Source of the DNA: Candidatus Obscuribacteraceae bacterium
Lineage (GTDB): Bacteria > Cyanobacteriota > Vampirovibrionia > Obscuribacterales > Obscuribacteraceae
NCBI GenBank assembly: GCA_044229845.1
Contig: JBGASG010000004.1
Span: forward strand, 320,001-384,000
Reading direction: 5' to 3'
DNA length: 64,000 nucleotides
This document shows positions 22,274 to 30,822 of this stretch, piece by piece. Both the position numbers and the translations under genes were made by a program. Each line of letters opens with the position of its first letter. Within the stretch, counting starts at the first letter, position 1. The notes under the pieces were generated by a model that saw nothing but the letters and a program-made list of their open reading frames with translations, was not told the origin of the DNA and did not search any database.

Positions 22274-24111
22274 AATACATCTTGTCCATCAAGCTCGATT
22301 CGCTCGCGATAGGGAGCGGTTTCGAGCACTTCGATACTCCAATTTCGGAAAACTCCTTCCAATAACTCGACTGCTTGAGTTGCCGTCAGCGGGGTCTCCA
22401 CCTTAGTTTCCACAGGCTCGCCGGTGACGGCGTCCGCAACATTGCGTCCAGTGGAGGTTGTAATCAACACGCGTCCGCCGGCTCTGGTTGCGCCTGCGAT
22501 CTGCGACAGCAGACGGCGCAGCGTCGGCATTGAGCCAACGTGCTCGATAGCGGATACAGCCAAGATCAAATCAAATGAATCGGCTTCCAACGCGAATTCT
22601 TCCATCTCACTGCATATCGCGAGGACCCGCTCGCTCACCCCATGCCGGCTTGCATATGCCGTCAGTTTCTCGATTGCCGACGGCAGAATATCCACGGCGG
22701 TAACGTGCGCGCCACAGCGTTTTGTCAATTCAATAGTGTTGCGCCCGACGCCGCATCCGAGATCCAGCACTCGCGATTCCGCTGTGAGACCGGCTGCCAG
22801 TGCCGGCAAACGCGGATCAGATTGAGCCAGCCATGAACCAGGTGCATACAATTCGTGTCGCCCGTAGTACTGTTCATGGTAATCGCGGGTGCGCTCGCGG
22901 GCGGCGTTGAGCGCCGAGCGCTCACGCAGATCGGCGGCGACGGTATGGACAATGGCGCCCGTTATGTTAGCCGGATAGCCATAGATTTTGATGACGGAAT
23001 TGGTTTCGCCCGGCAACGGATTGCCAGCGGCAACCGACGGCTGCACGTATTGCATGGTGAAGACATCGAAGAAGGAGCGCGTTTCTTCATTCCAACCGTA
23101 CAGCGGCAAGAAACTGTGAAATGCAAAACCCATCTCCCGCAGCCGCTCCGTCAGTGCCGGACAGATGCTGCTGTTAGCTGGAATGCGCACTGCGATGAAA
23201 CGCTTCTTCAAGGAAAGCAATTCTCTGACTGCGTTCTCGACCTGCGCCACATCGCTGCCGGTCAGCTGCTCGGGGCAAATCACATAGCCGTGCTCATAGC
23301 CGTCATTGCGCTGAACAACCAGTTGGGCGAGAGTGAGGCTCTGGGCTCCGGGTTCCGCTTTGGCTTCGGGCTTAGCGTCTCCGCTGTCCGCAAAGTGATA
23401 TGCGAGAAGTGGCTCGAACTGTTTGGCTATTCGCCGACAAATCGCGTCATAGCGCGGAGCGACGAAGACTGTGCGTTTCTCTTTAATGCTCCGCAAGAGG
23501 CGAGCAACCTCGGTGTCTCTCTTTGGCTGTTCGGCAAGCGCTTCTCCGTAGGCGCGCCAGGTCCACAGCACCGACTCGGGGCGGTCGGCGAAAAACACGT
23601 TGGGATAGTGGCTGTATCCAAATCCGCAAAAAGCCCCATACCCATCGGCGACGTGAGCAGCCTGGGAAGCCAGGCTATGCGTCACCAGCTCGGTGCAATT
23701 GATCATCAAGTCTTGCCGCGACAGGTAAGCCGACACGCCGCGCATGAGCAGACTGCCGATGCCGCGTCCTCGCAGGTCGCGTCGCACCGCCATGCAGTTG
23801 TTTTCGATCTGGTAAGGTCCCAGAACATCCAGAGTGATAGCACCAGCCACGATACCGGTCGCGACAGCTTCTACCAGGACAAGAATACGTCCTGCCGCCA
23901 GATTCTCCGCCATGCTGGGCACGTCAAAGAGCGACGGATCGGGATAAGGCTCGCAGCCGGGCGCGCCGACACCGCCTGCACCGAGCGCGGCTTCGAACAT
24001 CTCAACCAGCGGCTGTGCGTCCGCGGCGAGCGCCAGACGCGCCAAGTATTCACCATCGGTAACCAACGTCTCAGCAGTGGAAACAGCTGCGCAAGCATTA
24101 CTTGACGACAT
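22216..24111 (-). CDS. GNAT acetyltransferase / class I SAM methyltransferase fusion
   Basis: Acetyl-CoA motif VRRDLRGRGIGSLL; SAM motif VLDLGCGVGRN, AVDI, SFDLI; ATG at 24111 behind AGGAG. Confidence 0.8.
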   Translation of the reverse strand: MSSSNACAAVSTAETLVTDGEYLARLALAADAQPLVEMFEAALGAGGVGAPGCEPYPDPSLFDVPSMAENLAAGRILVLVEAVATGIVAGAITLDVLGPYQIENNCMAVRRDLRGRGIGSLLMRGVSAYLSRQDLMINCTELVTHSLASQAAHVADGYGAFCGFGYSHYPNVFFADRPESVLWTWRAYGEALAEQPKRDTEVARLLRSIKEKRTVFVAPRYDAICRRIAKQFEPLLAYHFADSGDAKPEAKAEPGAQSLTLAQLVVQRNDGYEHGYVICPEQLTGSDVAQVENAVRELLSLKKRFIAVRIPANSSICPALTERLREMGFAFHSFLPLYGWNEETRSFFDVFTMQYVQPSVAAGNPLPGETNSVIKIYGYPANITGAIVHTVAADLRERSALNAARERTRDYHEQYYGRHELYAPGSWLAQSDPRLPALAAGLTAESRVLDLGCGVGRNTIELTKRCGAHVTAVDILPSAIEKLTAYASRHGVSERVLAICSEMEEFALEADSFDLILAVSAIEHVGSMPTLRRLLSQIAGATRAGGRVLITTSTGRNVADAVTGEPVETKVETPLTATQAVELLEGVFRNWSIEVLETAPYRERIELDGQDVLWQSTEVNFLARKPPVAQR

Positions 24112-25681
24112 AAGAGAACTCCTGCTTCGTTTTGATTTTGCCGGCGGCATCATCCGCCAAGATCTGCTGCGCACAGTTGTATCCGGGCGCTCCATTGACG
24201 TTGCCGGCAGGATACGTGCCTGCACCGCAGACATAGAGCGCGGGGATTTGTGTGCGATGTCCGGAGGCACCGCTGAAATTGCGCTTGTCTGCAAGAAACT
24301 GCGGCGCCATCGGCAGGTGCCAGCAACTGGCTCCAGACAGGCGAAACTGATTGCGCAATTCTGTAGGTCCGACGGCTGCGGCTTCGACGACGCACTCGCG
24401 GATATCGCTTGCATGCGCACTTAGATCAGTCAAAACCTTCTCCACCAGCGCCTCGGCAGAGATGTCGCCGGCGCCAGGCAGGTAGTGAATATCGACGGTC
24501 AAAAGATGTTTGCCGACAGGAGCGATGGTATCGTCCATGGTGGAGGGAAAGCACATCGTCATCATCAATTGAGATGGCATGGCACCGGCGTGCACGCGCT
24601 TCGCATCCTCAATAATCGACTCTAAGGGCGGAGCCACGACAATAACACCTTGATAGTTATGTTGCAGCTCGTCGAGCACAGCGAATCGGGGCAGGCGGCT
24701 GAGCGCCAGGTGCACCTTGCCCGCGGAGACAGTGGGCACTTCCGTCTGCAGTCGTTCGCGCAGCTGAGCGCCGGTGCCGGCAGCGAGGCTCTCCCCGTCC
24801 AAGAGGCGCCCAAAGGTCTGCCACGGATCGGCATTGGAGATCACGCAATCGAATTCCATTAAGGCGCCGCTTTCAGTCAGAATGCCGGTGGCGCGACCGT
24901 TTTTGGTCAGCGCTTTCTCAATCGGGCAGTCCAACATGATCTGGGCACCGGCAGCCAGCGCTGCTTGAGTCATGGCTTCGGTAATCGCGCCCATGCCGCC
25001 CTTGACGAAGCCCCAGGCGCCCGGCTGCCCGGCTGTGACAGCAGTGCCGTGATGAATGCAACCGAATATGGTGCCGGGAAGGTTTGAAAAACCAGGTGTG
25101 CAGGTAGACGCGGCGGCTTTGAACGCCGGATTCTCCACATACTCGCCGAGCAAGTCGAGCAGCGAACGCTCGAACAGCCCATCTGCGATAGTCGGCAATC
25201 CGGCTGCCCTCAGCGCCTCTTGCAGTTCTTTCTGACCGACAGGTGGACGCATGTAGAACGGGCTGAGCACGGCTGCCGCGCGCGCGATGTCGCCCCAGAA
25301 CGCCGACCAGCCTTGCACGTCGGCATCGGTCAATCCATTTATTCTGTATCTGGAGCCGCCGCCTTCACGCGGCGTATAAGAATACTGCCCGTCAGGCAAG
25401 AGCACGATCTCTATGGGATCGGCGAGGTACGTCTGCAGTCCCCAGGTTTCCAATTCAAGATCCCGCGCGATTTCTTCACGCAGCATGCCGTAATAGGACG
25501 CAACGGTGGATACGCGAAATCCGGTGAAGAGCTCCTCGGTGACGCAAAGACCGCCGGTCTTCGAACGGGCTTCGAACAGAGTCACCTCGTGCCCTGCAGA
25601 GGCCAGGTAAAACGCGCAAACGAGCCCATTATGGCCCGCTCCGATGATGGCTATTTGCAGTGGTTTGGTGTCGGCGTTCAC
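24098..25681 (-). CDS. FAD-dependent oxidoreductase, phytoene desaturase/PYROXD2-like
   Basis: IIGAGHNGL...EAR..TGG Rossmann motif, GGMGAIT, LYVCGAGTYPAGNVNGAPGYNCA. Confidence 0.85.
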   Translation of the reverse strand: MNADTKPLQIAIIGAGHNGLVCAFYLASAGHEVTLFEARSKTGGLCVTEELFTGFRVSTVASYYGMLREEIARDLELETWGLQTYLADPIEIVLLPDGQYSYTPREGGGSRYRINGLTDADVQGWSAFWGDIARAAAVLSPFYMRPPVGQKELQEALRAAGLPTIADGLFERSLLDLLGEYVENPAFKAAASTCTPGFSNLPGTIFGCIHHGTAVTAGQPGAWGFVKGGMGAITEAMTQAALAAGAQIMLDCPIEKALTKNGRATGILTESGALMEFDCVISNADPWQTFGRLLDGESLAAGTGAQLRERLQTEVPTVSAGKVHLALSRLPRFAVLDELQHNYQGVIVVAPPLESIIEDAKRVHAGAMPSQLMMTMCFPSTMDDTIAPVGKHLLTVDIHYLPGAGDISAEALVEKVLTDLSAHASDIRECVVEAAAVGPTELRNQFRLSGASCWHLPMAPQFLADKRNFSGASGHRTQIPALYVCGAGTYPAGNVNGAPGYNCAQQILADDAAGKIKTKQEFSYVVK

Positions 25682-25700
25682 GGTTGGTCGATTGGCGTTC

Positions 25701-26936
25701 CTATAACTCGCTTTGCAAGACCTCGATCAGGCGGTCGATTTCATCGCGGCTGTTGTAGACATGCAGGCTAATACGCAGGAAATCATCCGCTTCAGCGCTT
25801 TTTCCTTTGCACAAATTTCCGGAGCGCACCATAATGTTCTCGCTGTCCAACAAGAACGCGACATCGGCTGATTCCGCTTGCTGAAAGCGAAATGCCAGAA
25901 TGCCGTAACCGCCAGGGCAGCCGCAGATGCCTGGTCCGGGAGCGAACTCAATTCCGGGCATCCCGACTAATTGGTCATACAGATACTTTGTCAGTGAAGA
26001 AACATGCGCTTCGATATGTTCGACACCGATGCTCTGGATGAAGGAAACGGCTTCGCCCAGTCCGAGAATAGCCGGCGTGTCGTAAGTGCCCGCTTCACAG
26101 ATCTCTGCAAAGGTTCCATTGAACGAAACCTCCAGCGCGGCGCCATCGCCTTCTGAAATCACGCATTGGGTGCCGCCGCCGATGCGCACCGGTTTCATCT
26201 CCCGCTGCCGATTCCGGCGCGCCCAGAGAGCGCCGACACCGGTCGGTCCAAACATCTTATGTCCGGAGAACGAAATGAAATCGACGGGCAATTCGGAGAC
26301 TTTGACGGCAGTGTGTCCGATGCTCTGGCTGGCATCCAGACTGATAACGACCGCATCTCCGACAATGTCGCGCACCTCCTGGACCTCCATCTCCAGTCCG
26401 TACACGTGGTGCACGTGCGTCATCGCCAGCACGCGTGTGCGCTCGCTTACGCCTGAGCGAATGCTCTTCAGGTCGTAGTCGCCGACTTCGTGGATGGCGA
26501 AGGGCACGACTTTGACATGCTTGCCGAATTGCTTCAGCGTCTGCACCAGAGTGAGCCAGGGCAAAGTCGCGCTGCGGTGGTCGTCCAGACACAACATGAT
26601 TTCGTCGCCGTCATTGAGGTTGAGCAATCCCCATGACAGAGCAACGAGATTGAGGCTATCGGTGGCACCGCCGGTGAAGGCAATGTCAGCGGCATCCGCG
26701 CCGAGCAATTCAGCGACCGCTCCCCGCACCCGCTCAATACCGGCGCGGGCACGCGTCGAGAGACCGGAGACTCCGCGTCCAGCGTTGGCGCATTCGCTTT
26801 CGTAGAAACGCACCATGGTTTCCACAACCCTCGCCGGCTTCTGCGTTGTCGCGGCGTTGTCAAAGAAGATCGTTCCCGGTCGAGACACGAACGCCGGAAA
26901 CTGGCAACGCACATCCGTCTCTAAGACAGTTACCAT
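25701..26936 (-). CDS. Class V PLP enzyme, SufS-like cysteine desulfurase
   Basis: FDNAATTQKP, DASQ, SGHKMFGPTG (PLP Lys), EAGT, RSGNLC (Cys at the RxGxxC position). Confidence 0.85.
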   Translation of the reverse strand: MVTVLETDVRCQFPAFVSRPGTIFFDNAATTQKPARVVETMVRFYESECANAGRGVSGLSTRARAGIERVRGAVAELLGADAADIAFTGGATDSLNLVALSWGLLNLNDGDEIMLCLDDHRSATLPWLTLVQTLKQFGKHVKVVPFAIHEVGDYDLKSIRSGVSERTRVLAMTHVHHVYGLEMEVQEVRDIVGDAVVISLDASQSIGHTAVKVSELPVDFISFSGHKMFGPTGVGALWARRNRQREMKPVRIGGGTQCVISEGDGAALEVSFNGTFAEICEAGTYDTPAILGLGEAVSFIQSIGVEHIEAHVSSLTKYLYDQLVGMPGIEFAPGPGICGCPGGYGILAFRFQQAESADVAFLLDSENIMVRSGNLCKGKSAEADDFLRISLHVYNSRDEIDRLIEVLQSEL

Positions 26937-28282
26937 TACTTGACTCCAGCCAGTTGCTTGCCGGCGGCGACGCCGCGTTCACAGGGCTTGCCCGCATCAC
27001 GCCACTCGACAAATCCGCCAATCAAGCTAGCGCACTCAATTCCCTTTGCCCCGAAAAACGCGGCGAAACGGCGCGATTGATCGCCTGTCGGGCAGACAAA
27101 GAGAACGCGGTGCGACTTGGAAAACGGCACACCGTTTTCCGCCATGTCAGCGAGCGTCTCGGTTGCGATATTGATCGAATTGGGGATGTGCGAGGCTTTG
27201 AACGCCAGCGCACCACGCATATCGACAATCATTGGGGCATCGCCACGCTGCAGCCAATCTTGAGCTTGCTCGACATTGACTTGCACAGCTTGCTCGATTT
27301 GCTCATCGGAGAGATCGCGCACGCTTTCTTTTTTGGCAGCCATGCCGAACAGCTCGGGACGGCACTTTTGCAGATAGGATAGATACCACTCGACGCGATC
27401 GCAAACGATAAATACGGCATTTTGCTTTTCAGTCAGCGTCTCGTCAATGCCGCGCAGATATTTAAGAGCCGCCGCCAGACTGCCGCCGCCCGTTGGACCT
27501 GCGAGCACACCGGCGCGACGAATGAGCAGAAGCATTGCATCGATAGATTCATCGATATCGACTTCAACAATGTCGTCGTAGAAGTCTTTGCGGAAGAGAC
27601 CGACTTCATACATTTCATCGACGTTGCGGATGCCGGGCAGCAAATGCCCCTTGGAGGCAATCACGCCGATATTCTTGACGCCCGGGTTCTTTTCTTTAAG
27701 GAGCGAGCCTGTGCCGCGGGTGGAACCGGTCGTTCCCAGCCCACCAATGAAAAAGTCGACGCGGTCGAGATCTTCCATGATCTCTTTGCCGGTGGTGTTG
27801 AAGTGCGCTTCGATATTGCGCTCATTCGTGTACTGCGACGTGTGGAAATACTTGCCGGGCTCGCCCAACATGATTTGTTCGATAAACGTGATCGGGTCAT
27901 TGGGATCAGTCGGGTCGGGGCATTCGCTGAGCCCCGGCAGCTCGTCCACTTCGGCGCCCAGCAGTTGCAGAATCTGTTTTACCTCACGCACCTTAATTCG
28001 GTTGGTGACGATCTTGAACGGCACCCCGTGCAGCGAACACAATATCTGCATGGCTTTGGCCATGTTGCCGCTGGACGACTCGATGACCGTCTTGCCTTCG
28101 GCGGCAATGCTTTCGATGTCGTGACGCAGCACGTTCCACGCGCTCTTGTCCTTGACCGACCCAAACGGGTTGAGCAATTCGAGCTTGGCGTAGAGATTGA
28201 TGTTCTTCAGCCCGTGCAGCTCGGCGGGCAGCTCGAGCAAAGGCGTGTTACCGATGACTTCGGTGATGTTGGAAACGAGCAT
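26936..28282 (-). CDS. PLP-dependent cysteine synthase family protein fused to a C-terminal rhodanese
   Basis: IGNTPL, NPFGSVKD (PLP Lys), ESSSGN, GLGTTGS; rhodanese IVDMR...HIPNSINI...CPTGDQS...GGFVEW. Confidence 0.88.
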   Translation of the reverse strand: MLVSNITEVIGNTPLLELPAELHGLKNINLYAKLELLNPFGSVKDKSAWNVLRHDIESIAAEGKTVIESSSGNMAKAMQILCSLHGVPFKIVTNRIKVREVKQILQLLGAEVDELPGLSECPDPTDPNDPITFIEQIMLGEPGKYFHTSQYTNERNIEAHFNTTGKEIMEDLDRVDFFIGGLGTTGSTRGTGSLLKEKNPGVKNIGVIASKGHLLPGIRNVDEMYEVGLFRKDFYDDIVEVDIDESIDAMLLLIRRAGVLAGPTGGGSLAAALKYLRGIDETLTEKQNAVFIVCDRVEWYLSYLQKCRPELFGMAAKKESVRDLSDEQIEQAVQVNVEQAQDWLQRGDAPMIVDMRGALAFKASHIPNSINIATETLADMAENGVPFSKSHRVLFVCPTGDQSRRFAAFFGAKGIECASLIGGFVEWRDAGKPCERGVAAGKQLAGVK

Positions 28283-28285
28283 TGT

Positions 28286-29803
28286 TTATTGTTCTCCCGT
28301 TTTGGTTTCCCAGAGGGGCCAGTACTTTTCGTCGGCACACCAGCGAAACTGGCTACCGCGCTGGCTCAGCGCCACTTTTTTGGCAACCGGCTGCATGATC
28401 GATTCGCTGGCGCTGAAGTCCATGAAGTAACCGGCAGTGTTGAGAAACACAACCAGATCTCCCGGTTTTGGCAGCTTCCGCAAGTATGTCTTGTGTCGAT
28501 AAATGAGATCGCTTTCCAGGCAAAGGTTGCCCGAGAAGTAGACAGCGACTGGTTCTTCATCGGCGCCAGCCGGTTCTTGCTGATAGATGATCACCGGGTC
28601 TACAAAGATTTCCTGGTCAAGAAACGAGATGTCTTGCCGCTTCATGCGCAGCGAAACCAGCGTGTCCCCATTGCTGGAATCGCGCACAGAGAGAACCTCG
28701 GCGACGGTTAAGCCGACCTGGTCGAGAAGCGCGCGCCCCGGTTCTATCCAGAGCGCAATCATGTTGTCGCGAAGAAACTCCGCAGCAGTGACATCAGGAT
28801 TGTCGGGAAGCGGCTGCCGCAACATGTCGACGAGAAACGCCGGGCCGGTCGTGCCGTCGAAATAGTTGTAGCTGTTGAAGTTTCCTCGCAGCTTGCCCTG
28901 TTCGACATACATGCCGAAAGTGTTGCCCTGCCAGGCGAGCGTCGGACGCTGACCGAGCACTCCTTCTTTCAAGGCACTGGTGTAGGCATTCCACTCATTC
29001 TCGTCAGCCAGATAATTGACTTTGTAGCCGCCGCCGATGTTCAAAACACTGGGCTCGAAGCCGCGCGCCACCGCTTCTTCGAAGAGCTGCACGCAGTTTT
29101 CAATGGCGATCATGCGCTCTGGAACGCTCACCGTATCCAGGTGGAACGAGAAGCCCAGGAAGCGCAATTGCTCGCCGGACTCGGTCAATATGTCGAACGC
29201 CTCGCCCACCTTATCAATGCTGATGCCGAAGCGGCTGCCTTTGTTGAGGAAACGGGTGTGTGACGAGCGAAACCCGCAGAGTCTCAGCAAAATTGGCGTG
29301 CTCGGAGCCTGAGGCAATGACTTGCGCAGCGTGAGCAAGAGCTTAAGCTCTTCGATGCTGTCGATAGAAACTGTCACGCCGTGCTGGATGCATACAAAAA
29401 GAAACTCCGGAGTCTTCGGTCCGGTCGCTTCAATGCGCTTACCTTCGAATCCGGAAGCGAGGGCATGCCCGAGCTCATTCACCGAAGAAACATCAATGCA
29501 GGCATCGGATGAAAGCGCCAGCTGCCTGACGACGGAATCCGAGCGGTTGCATTTGTGCGCGAAGAACACGCGCCCCTGCAGTTGCAGTTTCTTGAATGCG
29601 TCCTTGAAGCCCTGGACATTCGCAGTCACCAACTCGGGCAGCAAGACATTGAGCGGGCTGCCCAGCGCGCCGGTCAATTCGGTGAGCAACCGGCGATTGT
29701 CGAGCACAGCGCTGACACCAGGGACAACCCTGGCAGTCAGCGGCAATGCCGACTGCTTTGCCGCTTCTTCTGTCGCGACGCACTTTTCGTCCAACAAAGT
29801 CAT
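28286..29803 (-). CDS. Fold-type III PLP decarboxylase (LysA-like, Y4yA/SbnH-type)
   Basis: FAHKCN (PLP Lys), SRFG, FHL, NIGGGY, EPGR, GNLCLESD, NTAGY. Confidence 0.85.
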   Translation of the reverse strand: MTLLDEKCVATEEAAKQSALPLTARVVPGVSAVLDNRRLLTELTGALGSPLNVLLPELVTANVQGFKDAFKKLQLQGRVFFAHKCNRSDSVVRQLALSSDACIDVSSVNELGHALASGFEGKRIEATGPKTPEFLFVCIQHGVTVSIDSIEELKLLLTLRKSLPQAPSTPILLRLCGFRSSHTRFLNKGSRFGISIDKVGEAFDILTESGEQLRFLGFSFHLDTVSVPERMIAIENCVQLFEEAVARGFEPSVLNIGGGYKVNYLADENEWNAYTSALKEGVLGQRPTLAWQGNTFGMYVEQGKLRGNFNSYNYFDGTTGPAFLVDMLRQPLPDNPDVTAAEFLRDNMIALWIEPGRALLDQVGLTVAEVLSVRDSSNGDTLVSLRMKRQDISFLDQEIFVDPVIIYQQEPAGADEEPVAVYFSGNLCLESDLIYRHKTYLRKLPKPGDLVVFLNTAGYFMDFSASESIMQPVAKKVALSQRGSQFRWCADEKYWPLWETKTGEQ

Positions 29804-29814
29804 TGCGCTTCTCC

Positions 29815-30807
29815 TTAGACGGTCACGAGGTTTGCCGACGATGCCTGCATGATGGCTTTGTCGAGCGCCACCGCGTAGGAAAACTCGGCATCGAGGTCGG
29901 CATCGAGAGCGGTGCCGTAGTAGTCGTTGTACCAGTCGGCGCAGACCTTAGAGTGCGTAGTCTGCAAGAGCTCGAGATACTGATCCCAATCGCGCGTGCG
30001 CTCCGTCAAGATTTGCAGGCACTTCTCGAAAGCCTGTTCTTGCTCTTTGTGGAAGCGCTCCAGCGCCGCGCTGTCACCCTGCTCGAAATGCTTGAGATGT
30101 TTGGAGTTCGGAATGTATCCGATGACGCGATCGGCTGGTACATGCGACTCGATAAACGCTTTATCTTCCTCGCTGTCGACCTTGTTACCGATGACATAAA
30201 CGCGGTCAGCCAGTTGCGGAGCGATGGAAAGAAAGTCCTGGTAGACCTTCAAAGATTTCAAAGTCGGCTCGACAACAAAAACGTTGAGGTCATAGGCGAA
30301 CGAGAGCGAAGTCGCGACGTTGTCGGTACCGGCTGTCGTGTCGGCCACCACCATGTCGGTCGGACGATCGAGCATGTGGTGCATGATCGCCGCCAATCCG
30401 CGCAGCTTGGTGTGATAACAGGAGCCGCCGACGTCGGATTCTTTATATGTACCGACGGTGAGAAGCGAGATGTTGCCGCTGCGCAGCGCGTATTGCGACA
30501 CGAACGGATCGCGCTCGCTGACCATCACAAAATTCGATTGCATCGAAGGGGGAGTCGTACCTACCATGGGGCGCTCGCCCAGGTCGGCGCGCTGCCCGCG
30601 CAGATGTTCGAAAATCTGTTCGCAGACCTCGCCCAGTTCTTGCTTCTCGCCGACCACGTCGCTCAGGCTGAGAGCGCTCAACAAATGTGCATTAACGTCG
30701 GCGTCAATCGCCAACACAAACGGGAAGCGCGCCGCGACGAACTTCACGAACCCGGCAGCAGTAGTGGTTTTTCCGGCGCCACCTTTTCCCAAAAACGCAA
30801 CTCTCAT
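29815..30807 (-). CDS. CooC-like SIMIBI P-loop ATPase
   Basis: GKGGAGKTT deviant Walker A, IDAD, DTTAG switch II, VVEPT, GNK. Confidence 0.8.
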   Translation of the reverse strand: MRVAFLGKGGAGKTTTAAGFVKFVAARFPFVLAIDADVNAHLLSALSLSDVVGEKQELGEVCEQIFEHLRGQRADLGERPMVGTTPPSMQSNFVMVSERDPFVSQYALRSGNISLLTVGTYKESDVGGSCYHTKLRGLAAIMHHMLDRPTDMVVADTTAGTDNVATSLSFAYDLNVFVVEPTLKSLKVYQDFLSIAPQLADRVYVIGNKVDSEEDKAFIESHVPADRVIGYIPNSKHLKHFEQGDSAALERFHKEQEQAFEKCLQILTERTRDWDQYLELLQTTHSKVCADWYNDYYGTALDADLDAEFSYAVALDKAIMQASSANLVTV

Positions 30808-30822
30808 GTTTCCTCCGAATCT

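Noticed and set aside
24098..25681. Carotenoid biosynthesis (crtI/crtO) call for the FAD oxidoreductase
   Set aside because: No crtB/crtE neighbours; the family includes many non-carotenoid enzymes and the context is an amino-acid/sulfur pathway.
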